Shown one piece after another: positions 48,761-62,112 of a DNA stretch of 64,000 bases. The notes under the pieces were generated by a model that did no database searches, was not told the DNA's origin, and worked only from the letters and a program-made list of their open reading frames with translations. The stretch covers positions 366,845 to 430,844 of the forward strand of contig NMRA01000384.1 of assembly GCA_002633005.1 (NCBI GenBank). Reading direction: 5' to 3'. Source of the stretch: Phoronis australis (Eukaryota > Animalia > Phoronida). The stretch's first letter is position 1, and each line of letters opens with the position of its first letter. The position numbers and the translations under genes were made by a program.

Positions 48761-51700
48761 TTAATCGGCATACAACAAGTATCCCGTAAACAAGGACATT
48801 GCATCGATGGAGTAGCGTCTTTCCAGTTTTAGATGTAAAACATCGTTTCGTTCCAAATGCAAAATTGTTGTTGCCGAAATCGTGTCGGTGTAAGAGCTAC
48901 TTTCTACTCGCAAAGCCACTTTGCCGTTCTTTACCAAGTGTAACTTCAGGGTGTGGTGACCTCGAATTTTCTTCACGTTAATACTGAAGAAGTAATGGCC
49001 GGGAACATAACACGTGAACTTCCCTGAATCAGGGTCGAACGACTTATTCCGTGAAATAGCGCCACTGTCGAGATTCGTCAACGACGAGCCGAACGAAACT
49101 GTAGTCGGTTTTCTTGTGGCTCTCAGGCGGCGCGTGGTTGAAGCCGAGAAAGCAATGGCAACTTGAGTGATTTTGTTGGCGTTTACAATGTCTGACGTAA
49201 CAAGTTCTTGAGCCTGATCAGTCCCTGGGGGGAACGCTCTCCAGCCTGGTGCTGCCGGTGCAGGTGCGTGACCATAAGCAGGAGGGCCTGCTTGTGTTCC
49301 TGGACGAGTTGCGAAAGTCAAATAGCGATCGTCATCCTCGGGTCCTTCAGGCAGCACGATACCTTGGGCTTTGTATCCGGGAGCAGCGCCTGTGCGCCTG
49401 TCCTTTCCGGCAGGAGGTCCAGCTAAGCCTTCAGAAACCGTGCTATCTCGAGATCCGGGTTGAAAGCTGTACTGAGGTGCCGGCATTGCATGCAGCTCAC
49501 TTGGAGTGGTTTTGCCTGGTGGCCCGGCAGCTTGAGGGTGGATGAGGGGAACGGGCTCGTCGATCATGCCTTTACTCGGGCAGGTGTCCTGGTCGTGCAC
49601 ACACAAACGACATTTCTTCCCTGCAGTACCTAAAGATATAAAACAAAGAATTGAGGTTGGCACAATTGAAGTAAGGTTAAATTTGACGACTTGGTTGAAT
49701 GCAAACATTAAAATCATAAAACTGAATTTCTTAACGGGACACGGAAAACGTTGCATTGCAACAACGATTGCTTCACTAAATCAATGAATACAAATCCATA
49801 TGCTTTCGACGCGTGCTGGTGTGTGGTGCCGCTCTCGTGCGCTTTTTCCGGTAAGCGACACCAACATCCTGCCGCCTGTCGCTTTCCTATAGAGGCGCGG
49901 GACCTCTGTGATTGCCACCAACATTGCTGTGGAGCATCTCTCTAACCCGAAGGTCTACTAATAACGTGAAACTGAGACATGAAGCATTAGAATGCAATTT
50001 TTGTGGGCATTCAACGAAACTGCGCACTGATGCTCCCGGAAACCTTTGCAAGAATCATGTCAATGGCTGCCCTAAAAATGCCCCGATTTGAGATTTTTGG
50101 CGAACGGCAAAATTCAATTCCTTTGTGACTCAAAATTTTAACTTTAAAGAGACATAATTCTCCATCAACAATGATATTCTCTTCGTTTTCTTTCATAGCG
50201 AAAGTTTCTGGCAGATGTTAGTACGAAGTGTCGTCCTCGTTGTCGCACGATTGCAAACGCAGTAACACTTATCAAAATGTTTAGAGATTGTTTTTCGCGT
50301 TCATTCAGTGACGTACGGAAGAATCATATACAGAGAAACAAGCACGCTTTCGGACAAGTGCACCTTCGGAGTAGTGCATATTCGGACTAGTGCACCTTCA
50401 GACTAGTGCACCTTTGGACTACTGTCCTTCATCCCATTGCTGTCGACCACCAGCTAGCTAGGGTGGGGTCACGCTCTGGCCGACTGGACAAGAAGGGTTT
50501 GTCCTCGTTTTCCTGCCGTTCGGTGAGAGCGGAAAACCTCCCACATAATTATGTTTATAAGCACGCAACTTGGCGAGCCAGCTGGACTCGGAAGCGAAAG
50601 TATTTTGACACTGGGAAAGAAGTGAAAATAAATTCACCCGACAAACTTTTAAGTTAAAACTCTGTTCTCTCCACAATTTTGAACAACTAATCACATTCTT
50701 GCCCTACGTCACCTGTTCTATCGGACTCTCTCGCCCTCAGTCCAGATAGTCACCAATGTACCTCAGTGCAATCGCTTGTTTGGTGGGCAAAATGTGAATT
50801 TATTCTGAAGTGGATATAGAGTGGATTCAGGGGGATCCCTGAGCGCCCACAGTAATGGATGGAAGCGAAGTTACCCAGTATGTCTGTCCACTACAGTGTC
50901 AGACCACAGTCTGACCATGACCATGGATGCACACCTGCGTTTGCTCAACTAAACTGACAACAATTGAGAACGTGTGCCACTGTAACCCACGCCTGCACCG
51001 GTGTGACCATCCGTCTACACAAAAAACTTTGATCGGACAATATAATTTTCTGCAGTACTCTCAGTCAATCTTAAGAAAAGACATTATTGTTAAAGAAGTT
51101 TTAAAAATATTAAACCCAGTCTCGATCTCTGGCCAGATACTAACAACGACTTTCGCATCTAGCTCTACAAAACAAAATAATGCTCAGCAACTCTCGCCAA
51201 CTCTCAAATTTTGAAGCAAATTTTTGAAGCCATACAAAGTTCGACAAACGGGCAAGCGCTTTAGACGAGTTACACGACATTTAACTGTAAGGAAAAACGC
51301 CCCAAAACCACAATGTCCCGTTGTGACACAATAAGTAAGCTTTTTAGTTCAATTCTACTATGATCACATGCGCGCACCCAGCGTAAATGAATTATAGGGG
51401 GGCTCGAATTTCGCGGTTCGCGGACCTTCTATTGAGAAAAATCAACGCGCCAATTTTCTGTGGACTTTGTGGACTTTTGTTTCGTATGCTCGGACTTTTT
51501 ATTTCATTGAGGCGGACCTTTTTTCCCAATTCGCTCGAGCCTCTCGATCCCCCTGGGTGCGCCCATGGATCACTCAAGTGAGAGGGTAATGGCGCATTGA
51601 CAGGGGCCAGAACAAGGACTGGTTGAATTCACTAAAACATGGTTTGGTACCATTTTAAGTCAAGTGTGAACCTCGTTTTCAAATCCACGTTTTAATTGAG

Positions 51701-54700
51701 GTTGCTTTGGACCCGGACAGAACTGCTTTCAAGGAACGTTAGCTTTAGTGACGTATTTGCGAGTTGGATCCACATATAGACAGAGATCGTGTAACTTCGT
51801 AACTTTATTGGAATAGAAATGCACATTCACATTACATTTTTGAAGAGTTTGCCGATCTTGGATTTTTCCGATTCAGATAACGCAAGGGGGCATTTAGCAC
51901 TTGATTTTTTACAACAATTATGTGTTTGGGTTAATAGGTGTTGTCCGACACCGGTTGCACCCATGCATATGCTACCGGAGAGTTCAGAAGGATTGGGAAT
52001 GACCAGGTTCATAGCCAGGTAACAATTTTCGAAGTATTTAGTAACTTACAGAGGTACGTAAATCTGACCTAATTATTATCATTCTCTTGAATTTTGGAGT
52101 TTCAATTTTATTTGGCTGGATCCAAAACGTTAAAATGATGTCATACTAAACAAGCGAATGTAAACCTAATTTCATTCTTGTGGTCGTACTGAACGCAGTA
52201 TACATGTATCTGTTCACCCCGCAAGGATCTGGATCACGTTGTCTTTGGTGGAGTCTTGAAGTGGTGCCAAAATAGGCTTAAATAACACCAAGTTTCGCAG
52301 CAGTGCCAAAGTTGAGTTCAAACTCCAGATCATGATTCATGTCCGGTGTTGAACCGCGTTATATATCGTATAACCTGTACACGCGGATGTCAACAAATAA
52401 CTTCTACGTAAGGAGTAGGTCTAATAAAAAACACATGGCTTTAAGTCGAAACCAGACTTGTAAATCACTGGAGTGGTTGTTTTCTCGTCTGGGGGTCGTT
52501 AAACAGTGGTCGTCGACATTTCAAGACATAACTTTCAGTTGTGCTTGAAAACGCATTCGCTATTGATTCCACAAAATGGGTTTCATTGTACACACGAAAG
52601 ACATTTGTACTGTTTGTTTATTAGACGTAGAACTTAAGCAATATACTCATTCGGATATGATACCACAGACGTTTTTATTTAAACACTGCTAACAGGTATA
52701 GCAAAAAACACAAATACACCCGACCACATCAACCTAATGCTAAAAACTAGTGAATATTTCACTATATTTTAGTTTGTCGACCCGAACCCTTTCGGGCCAG
52801 CAGTCTTTTGAACATGCCACATTCATGACACCTACCATATGTAGACGTCTGCACACGTCACTACTACTGCTACTACAACTACACAAGCGCGGATTTAGAT
52901 GGATCCAGGGAGCACGGACACCTCTTTCATCGGCCGCTTTTGCATTGCCACCAGCACCATATTTGTCCACTGACAGACCCCTCCCTCAGATGAAGATCCC
53001 AGGTCAAGAAATTGATTCTGATAAGCTTCTATTTCATATATCAGATCAATTATTTTTAGAAATGTTAATATTAAATATTCGAATGGTAACTATTCCGTAT
53101 TGTATTTCTAAAAAAGAGGAAAGATAAGGAAGGAAATGTGCTGGAAAAACAAATAATATCCCTACAAGATTAGGTTAACGAGAATCATGATCCTGTAATT
53201 TCGGGTCTATTGGAAAATGGGAAGTCCGAATGCAAAGATTACCGCACAGGATACATGCATGTAGGGTCAGATCGAGAGCTAACTGGATTGAAAACGACGA
53301 AAAACCAAGTTAGTACTTTTGCGCATTAGAAAAGCGCATGTTTGTAAATAAACGCGCAATTAAGCTAATTGACTCTAATAATGATGTTAGTACGGAACAA
53401 TCAGCTATACTTGCTGACATAACTTCTTTTTACAAAAAGTTATAATCTTGTATAGACAGTGACCTTGTTGATATGAATTTAAATGAACGTTTGCCAGCCG
53501 GCCCTGTGCTTACATTGAATCAGTCTGACCGAAAAGAACTTGAAAACGTTATCATTCTGGAGGAAATTCATGAAACTCTTAAAAAATCTGAAAATGTCCC
53601 TGGCCAGATGTAAAGTATTTTTATTCCGGTCTTTTGAAGAAGGCATTAATAACAAAGAACTATCTACAACCCAAAGAACTGGCGAACAATTTCGATATTG
53701 AATAAAGCTTATAAAATCCTGTCTGGGCGTATTGCAAGATGCCTCAAAAGTATTCTTGAACCTATTATTCATGAGAATCAGCAAGGTTTCGCGACAGGTG
53801 GATATATAGGGGGAAACATTAGAATCGCGTTTGATGTAAACCAGTTGTTGGATTCCAAATCCCTTTCAGGACTCGTTCTTATGATTGATTTTGAAAAAGC
53901 GTTCAATTCGATTTCCTGGTCTTTTGTATTAAAAACAATCAAGTACTTTAAATTCAGCCCAAGGTTCATAAGCACGGTAAAAATTGTCTACAACAAATCC
54001 AGTCTCTTTGTTCTCCAACATGGAGTTTTCCCAGATTTTTTTTTTTAATTGGGAGAGGCTGTAGTCAAAGTGAGTCCCATTTCTGTTTACATTGAAATAG
54101 AAAATTTTAGGTAATCTAATTCGACAGGATGGTGGCATCACTGGTGTTACGTTTGGTATTTCCGAGTTTACACTGGTTCAGTACGCCGACGACACTTGGA
54201 TGGCTCTGAATTATCTTTGAAATCGTCTTTAATTTTAATTGATCAACTGAAAAAAATTCTGGTATGAAGCCAAATATTGAGGAAACAAGATTTGTCTGGG
54301 TTGGTTCCAAAAAGGACTGCGATGAAACACTCTGCGTTAATGAGAACCTGTTATGGACTAACAAACCTTTCAAGATTTTTGGGATTTGTTTCTCCACTAA
54401 TTGCAGTATTATGCCAGATATTAACTATACAAGTAGGCTTCTAAAAATAAAAAATAAGGAGTTGTTGGTCAAGAAGTGTTCTTACTGTATCACGTAAAGT
54501 AACTACTCTGGTTAAGACAATTTTATTGTCTAAAAGAGTTTATCTACTACAATCACTTTCTAGTATTTATGTTGTTATAATTCAAGAATTGGAGAGGATT
54601 TTTTTACTTCATTTTGCTTGGGGAAAATGACAAATTTAGTCGAAACAAACTTGTGCAAAGTCAAGATAACGGTGGTTTGAAAATGGTTCATGTTCGATTT

Positions 54701-57700
54701 TTTGGTAGACTATTCACCTCTGATACCATTTGTGATCTTGCAGAAGCAGTTCTTCGTTGTAGAGTTGGTAAGTTTTTCAAAGTGGGAGATGTCTTCCTTA
54801 AAAAAATAGCCGATGGTTATGACAATTTGTTCCGGAAAGAAGTTTTATTCAATTTCATGTTCCTGATTAAAATTTTCGATAAACGTGATTATTTACACTG
54901 TGGCATAATTTAAAAATTAAAGTCGGTGGAAAACTAATTTTCTTCAGGCCAGGTATGAAAAGGGTGTTTATCGTGTATGTGATTTGTTTAATATTGAAGG
55001 TTACTTTATGTCCTATGAAGCGTTTTGTAATGGTTATGGTTTTCAACCCCAATATTAGAATTCTACGGATTAAGAAGTGCAACCTTCGCAACGAACAGGG
55101 GGACGTAGGAAGAGACAAGAAAAATATTTTCTTACCAATCTTTTCAAGGTTTATGTATAAAATTTTTAATAACAGATCTGGAGCAGTAAATATTTACGAC
55201 ACCTTAGTACAGTGACTTCAGACAGCTTGAAAATATAGAAACAGATGAGTATCTGATGTAAATATCGATTTCGTTTTAAACAGTGTTAATTCCAATGACC
55301 CTGACACATGATAGAGGGTAGTAAATCAAATCCTTTTTAACTGTATCAAAGGCAAGAAATTGTATTGGTTTCAGTACCGCCTAATTCACAGGATATTTCC
55401 AACCAATAACTTTTTACACAAAGTTAAAGTAAAAGCAGATGATTTATTTTCTTTCTATGGAGAGCGCAGTGAAACCTTTCTTCATTGGTTTTGGGAATGT
55501 CGTCTTGTAAAGTCGTTGTTTGACTCCTATTCACCGAATGGTTAAAGCAAATATGTCGTGTAGATCTTGTTGTCTTGAAAAACACTCAGGTGGATAATTG
55601 TTAGGGTAGCTTATTGATCATACTGGGCAAAATTATAATTATATATTTTCACAAAAATTTGTACATAAAGACATCAACTTCCAAATCTTTGTTAACCTCG
55701 GCAAATTACATTTTGAAGCGTTACCTCTTGATTAGCCAGGGCAATGAATGCTGCTTTGCTGTGTTGTTTCATTTCTCGTGTTTTGTAATTTTGTTAGCTA
55801 GAGGAAAAACATTTGAAACCTGAAAAAAAAAATATCGTAGGTCCGTGCCTGTTACGGCACTTGGTGGCCTGCTTGCGTTTAATTATTAAAAATTATTGCA
55901 AATTTTTTCAACCGTAATCTTATAAAAATGCCAGCAAAGCCTGCAAAATATCAAAAAAGAACGGAACCTTTTCCCAGTTATCATGTCTTTTACGCATGTT
56001 CTTTTAATATAGGCAATCTGGCAGCAGGTAGTGATTTCAGTAAGCAGCGGGACGTATTAAATATCTCCAACTTGTGCAACCTCAGAATTCTCATGTCGGC
56101 TAAAAACAAAATACGAACTTATATAAGGACAAGAAGACATGCTACAAAAGAAAGAAGCTGACCACAAACTGTGTACAAGTATTAGCGCTCTTTCTAATGG
56201 CATCAAGTTTCATTTAAAGGGACAATAGCGTAGAACCGAACCCACCAACTCCACAACAGTAGCCGAGCTCTCTACTGTTGAACCGCTGAGAAAATCTTGC
56301 GCGTTAAAGCTTTACTTCAACGGAATTTTATTATTTTAGATGAACTGGGTTAACCAGGTAGTCCTAGCAAAGCCTTGGAGCAATAAGATAATGCGAATTC
56401 AATCACGCAAATGTAGGCCCATCGAACGATGGGTGAATCTGCCTTTTCGTGCCATATTGCGTCACCGCGAGATCCCAGGCAAAACAATAAAAGACCGATA
56501 ACAGTTGTATTGAATAGGGGACTGAAAAAGACACCATCACGTGCAGGTGTTATTCGCAGCTGTTTGATTCTCGCGATGAGGTAGGCCAAAGCAATAAATA
56601 CAACTAACAATTCGTTGCATTTAACAATTTATGACACTAGCAGAGCGATGCTCTTAATATATTGTAGGAACCAAATTTACTGGTATTACCGTTTAAGATA
56701 GACTTTAAACAACAGTTTCAAGCGCATCTAAATGGTGAAGACATTGGCCTTAATTTTAGCGAATGTCTGGCAGACGGAGGACGTGAACTGGGGATTTGTA
56801 ATAAAATCACAAAACACGACGAACTTTAATTGTTGTTTTATAGCTTTGGACAAAGCTAATGACTTCAAGAATTCGACGTCTACTGCATACAACCATAAAT
56901 GCATTTCTGGACTAAAACAGATAATATCAATTTTGAGATTCGATCGATATCTCTATCACGTCGAATACTGTATTTAAGTTGTTGAATTGAACTTTCGAGA
57001 GTTCAGTGTGAGTCACCGGATGTGTAGGGCAGACAGAATGAAATGTTTGAAGCAGAGGACGGTAACGTTTTTGGCTGAGGAGCCATATAACAGTTTTGGA
57101 GCTGTGGACCACACCAAGTTTGTGGTGCTCGGGAAAATAGCATCAAAGTACGCCATTAAATTTTATTGTGAATCAGTCCTGTACAGCATAACGTGTGTTT
57201 CATTTTTATGTTATTAATAAGTGAAGTTCAGTCAGTATTATTCACCTTTGTTTGGTTAACTTATGAGTGCACCAGAAGAAATTAATCAACGTGACTATTC
57301 TAATTTCGACATTCCTCGATAGCCCACAATATCGCGTTTATCAAAACTTATTGTGATCAAGTGACATCCATAATTTGTACATTATCACAAAATGACATAA
57401 ACTGACACAGCGAAAAGTAGCCTAACAAATCAAATGTGGACTTTGCGATGGTATGTAGCCGCCTTAGTATAAGGAACCTCAATATAATAAGAACCCCCCC
57501 CCCCAGAATAATTCTGTTTCAAAGGGATTCCGTTGGAATTAAGTCGGAAAAAAACAACCTTTCCGGGCAATTCACCTGTTCCCAAATAAATCGAGTTCCC
57601 CCACGTCAACCCCGGGATTTCTACTCACGTTCTGCGTCATCACTGCTTTCCCAGCAACATACAGAACACAACTGTTCAGTCCTCACAAGGCAGAGAAATG

Positions 57701-57734
57701 TCAACAACACACACAATATCGGTAAATGTTCCAT
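48761..57734 (-). CDS. Secreted C1q-domain-containing protein (C1qDC / CTRP-like), ~324 aa
   Basis: Exon 1 (57734-57629): MEHLPILCVLLTFLCLVRTEQLCSVCCWESSDDAE, a signal peptide followed by a strong gtgagt donor, phase 1. Exon 2 (49629-48761): tttag acceptor, phase 1, Pro/Gly/Ala linker, then gC1q domain (IAFSA...FDPDSGKFTCYVPGHYFFS...LVKNG...ILHLERNDVLHLKL...FTGYLLYAD). The C1q call is firm; the exon 1 link is inferred from phase match and signal peptide. Confidence 0.85.
50349..50420. repeat. 16-bp tandem repeat, ~4.5 units
   Basis: TTCGGACTAGTGCACC consensus. Confidence 0.9.
51367..51567. mobile_element. MITE with CATG...CATG termini and 5-bp TSD
   Basis: CATGCGCGCACCCAG ... CTGGGTGCGCCCATG, with GATCA on both sides. 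A related TIR pair lies at 59081-59207. Confidence 0.7.
52985..55832 (+). mobile_element. 5'-truncated, decayed L1/Tx1-clade LINE ORF2 (reverse transcriptase) inside the C1q gene intron, antisense to the host gene
   Basis: Fragments in shifting frames: RSRANWIENDEKPS*YF, NWRTISILNKAYKILS...IIHENQQGF...IDFEKAFNSISWSF, VQYADDT (~54176-54196), QDNGGLKM, FQYRLIHRIFPTN...ETFLHWFWEC; A-run at 55823-55832. Confidence 0.9.
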
Positions 57735-57799
57735 GTTTTCCTGCCAGGCAAAACCCGTCCAACCAGCGACGCGAGTTCAAACTGAAGACCAGCGTATTT

Positions 57800-57880
57800 C
57801 AAAGTAGTTTCAGTTCGTTGAACCTCTGATGAGTTCCATTCACGTCCGCTTTGACCTCACGAAATGACTCTATAACCGTG
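57800..57880 (-). promoter_or_regulatory. Candidate core promoter of the C1q-domain gene
   Basis: TATA-like TTATAGAG on the minus strand at ~57868-57875, ~135 nt upstream of ATG 57734; ISRE-like AGTTTCAGTTC at ~57806. Confidence 0.35.
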
Positions 57881-60800
57881 AGCTCACCGCACAGTTATTG
57901 TCGAATCAGTTATTGGCAACAGTGTAACTCGCCTTTGTTTTAGGAAGGAAATTCACTTGACACCAAGACCCGATGACGGTTGCCAAGCCAATGTCAAGCA
58001 GCGGCCAAAAACCACTCGAAACCGAACACCACACAAGGCAGGGTCAAATCAAAACACGGTACAAAGTGCTGTTGTTTTCAATAATTTTCACATTATGCCA
58101 TTAAGGTGTCCGGTTTGCAAAGCGTGCAGCGGTCGGACAAATACGTCAGTCTACATGATTTCCAGCATGAGTTATCCGAAACCCGTCAATTGGATTGGCA
58201 CGTTGAGTCATTTGATGTTATGCAAACGACAAATTTTTCGTCAGAGCGTTTACTCGGATATTTTGGTAGTCAAAAATCTTTCCTTAGGCGTATCTTTCCA
58301 CTGGGAGGAGGCAGTGTGGCCGCTTCCTTTAGCTCGGTTTTTTCTAAGTATATTTTATAATAAAGCATAAAAATGGTTCCAGGTGATTAGACAGTGCAAT
58401 GGGCCCACATGAGCGGCCTGCCGCGTCTTTTAACAGCGTGTTTCAGATCACCTGCAATTACTTTTGATTTCATCTTTCCACTCAGAATTGCAAAGACTTC
58501 AATTTTCTAGTCTCGGCAACGGTCAACCTCGACAAAATCTTGTAGGCGATTGACTAACGAGCAATTATTTGAAAGTTTCGAAGGAAAATCTCGTATGATG
58601 ATGTATAAGAAATAATAAAAAATAAAATACCATATATGAAATCATACGATATGGTAACTTTAAAGTGTTAAGTTCAATAATTTACAAATATCCCGCTAAA
58701 TACAGAGACGTCGATAACGTCCTACTTAATTAAACTTTGATCCGTTAAAGATGTACATTGTAAACTGTCATCAAAAAATCACACCCCCGACAGTCTGGCC
58801 GACATGACGATTTTTCAGTTTTTTAGGGTTGTCTTCTCATAAAAACTTAGGCAGCAGGACAATAATCATTATTATGTTTCAAATAATTTACTTTCTCCTG
58901 CCTGGTTTATGATACTGACATTGAAAAACATAAACAACAATGACTTTGGCAAGTAAGAACACATGAAAATACAATCTGGTCGGAAATATTGGACCCCAAG
59001 GTCGGAGCGTCTCTGCGATTGTGGTGCAGTTATATTATGAGGTCCATATTTTAAAAAATCTGCTTTCCGTATAGTTGATTCATGGGCGGCCCTCCATAGG
59101 GTGGTTGGGAGCTATAACCCCCACTTACTTCAGTGCTGCGCCGCCCACGGGTACGGGCAGCGCGCGCCATAGGAGGCTGAGGGCTCACAGCGCCTGCGCC
59201 GCCCATTTGGATACACAATCACGATTAAAGCGAATAAATCCATCTAATTCGTCACCAAAAACAACTTCTGGTTTGGACTACTCTCCACTAGGAAATTGGT
59301 CTCGAATATCTCCTTTGTCAAATTGGATCAGTGCTTTCAGGTCTTCGAAAGCCCTCACAATTCGGGTTTGAGACCAACCCTTCAAGTTGGCTTGTCAAGG
59401 TTTGTTATTTTATGCACCGTACATGGTTTTGAGAAATGACGAATTGTCATCTCTATCGGCAAGATCAAAATCACTGATCATGGCATAGTTAAGACTAAAT
59501 TTATAGCGACAAACATTCAAAATCAAAAGTTCGAAACTCGGATTTAAATCCCCACTTTATATTTCGAATTATAACGTTCCGGATTCCGGATAGCTAAGTG
59601 CTTGAGCGTTTTTATGCTGCTTAAGTCTTCACCACCGTGACTTCATCTTAATTTGCTATTTACTCTTTTAGCACGAGTTCAAATGTTTACGAATGGCATT
59701 GGAAGGTATGGATTAATGAGAACCGTTGACAACGGGAAAGGCTGGACAGTGCCACTGTCTGACAATTTGACAATGACGCGTAGTATAATGGTTGGATCTC
59801 TATAAGGCCCTGGCGTAGCGAGCCAGTTTTCCTTCTTTGTGATGCACAAATTAGTGCAGGTGTCAGTAATGTGGTGCTCCAAGCTCTAGCTTCCCGTGTC
59901 CTCCTGACAAGGTTTGGCCTTATCCCTCGAAGTCACGCCATCTATATTGACTAACAATCACAGTCCGCTCCCTTCAACAATAATTATTGGCTTACACGTC
60001 TCAAGTTGCCCACTCAAATTTGCTCTACCTGTCCGGGGCCCTTTTTCTGTTATATCGAAAAGATTTGAGACTGAATGGCACGGTTTTGACATGAAATGAC
60101 TAACACATTGGTACATTTTTTCAGCAAATAAGCAGCATGGTCCCAAAGTGACGTACACTGTAGTATGCATGTGTACTGACAGCCAAATCCAGTGTTCCGC
60201 ATTTACTTTAATTGATGTAACATTTTACGAGGACTAATTACTCGAGCACATAAAAGTGTGATGTGTGAGACGAAAGCTACTAATGGACACTGAAAATTAA
60301 CGGACGTGCATGCCTCAGTCCCTTGTGCGACTGGTCCGTCGCGTGACGTCGTGATGACCAGTGGCTCTGTCACTAGTGCCCGGTGCCGAGACTCGGGTGA
60401 CTGAATGAGCCAAAAAAACTTGAGCGCCGGCGGAAATCTACTTCAGTGAGTTATTTCGGGAACGTCTCTAGCCTAGCCTACTTGTCAGTGTGGCACCCGC
60501 TCGACTGGCCATGAACTGACGGCTCAAAAATACAAGCCACCCAGTTACATCCTTATTCAGTTTACATTTGGCTCAGTCACATACTGGCACTCAGCTATCA
60601 TTTTCAAGCCTCTGAAACAGCTCAGCGACGAATTAAACGATTCCAAGTTCATTGCATGGGCTGATTCAACATCGATACATACTTAGATATACAGAAAAAT
60701 AGATAAATATATATATAGATATATTTTACATAAGCCATATAAAATATACGACACCTTAAAAATTTATTACTCAGTGACGAAGAAAGAGGCACACAGAAAC

Positions 60801-62112
60801 GTAACGGGTTCACAATCTGGTCCAAAGAGGGCGCCTTCACGGCAGGTGTCTCTAGCGGTAAAATAATCATGGACGCTTGCTTGTAGGGAAACCGGTCAAC
60901 CGGTAGCCAGTCGGACAGTTATATTTGCAAGTGTATGTTTGATAAATAACCTTGATAATTGTCAATTCTTGTACGTTGATGAAAGAGCCTAGTAGGGCCC
61001 AATTACGATTTTCTCCCTTGACCTACTTCGCCTCTAAGTCCGTCTCCTAACGTTTTTTTGATTTGTTGAACAAAACAAAAGTTCAGACTAAGTACAGAAT
61101 CAATCCTGCCCTAGCGAGAGCATGGGACACTGTTATCCTGCCTTGTGTGCTATAAGGAAAGCGCTTCGCGAAATTGTGATATTTAGTTATGTGCTCACAG
61201 AAAGTTTCCTTTTGGGAGAGCGTTTCTCGCAGATTGAAAACAGATCGTTCATTCGCGATGTCTAACAATTCGAAGCACTCGCGAAAACCACTACTACGAA
61301 GTACTTTCCTAATTGAACGCAAGGCTGCTTGTCAAATCCTTACAATTTCCATTAATGGTATTGATAGTGAAGGATATTAACCTCCAACAGTCTCATCCCC
61401 CTGATAACACCCTTGATACCCTTACAAGTCTGAAGAATAATTCTGTGCCTGTGGGATTGACTACTGCACTGCCTTCATGAACAGAAGCATAGCTAGCCAT
61501 TTTTTTCTATGTCGCACAAAACATGTAATAAAATTTGAAGGTTTTTAACAATTAAGTGTTATTCAATTTTTAGAGTATGCGATTGAATGTGTTCACTGTT
61601 TTTACAATAGTCCAGTGTTCATTCATGACCTGTTTTGTCTTGTCGCGCCAGCACTTATGAGTTTGAATTTAGCCGTTATGAGTTAAGTTACCTTGCGTCA
61701 GGTTTGAATGCACGTGCCTCGTGTTGAAATAGTGTGTGTTGGACAGTTGGAGTCAATTTGACACTCGTACAACAAGGCAAACATGTTTTTCATTTTAGTA
61801 AATCAACTTTAGCCAAACCAGCAATGATCAGTGCACCATTCACCGAGTTGCCTTGGTTTCAGAAGCGTGACTGCATTCAGCAGTCAACTATACATTCAGT
61901 ACATGACAAACAGACAACGCAGGGTTTTCCCTGAGCAACAATTCAAGCATGATGCAAACAGCGCATCATGTCTGTGCATCCTACACATTATTTCACTTAC
62001 TGAACATGTCACTATCATTTGCAAAATGAGAGCCACCACGTGTTTTTTTTGCAAAGATTGAGGAGGGTTTCATATGTTGATTCATTTGTGTTATTGTTTT
62101 CAGATTACCAGA

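Noticed and set aside
49630-49756. Hydrophobic N-terminus of ORF 48761..49756 as the C1q signal peptide
   Set aside because: It begins at a non-ATG codon and runs through a pyrimidine-rich acceptor; the exon at 57734-57629 is a better signal peptide with matching phase.
52218-52374. Exon-like segment within the C1q intron
   Set aside because: In-frame stop when spliced from exon 1, and its own ATG ends in the wrong phase for exon 2.
60225-60790. GC-richer region with short inverted motifs (TGAGCC/GGCTCA) upstream of ACTR5
   Set aside because: No clear TIR pair, TSD or ORF could be defined by eye; may be a decayed element or promoter-proximal DNA.
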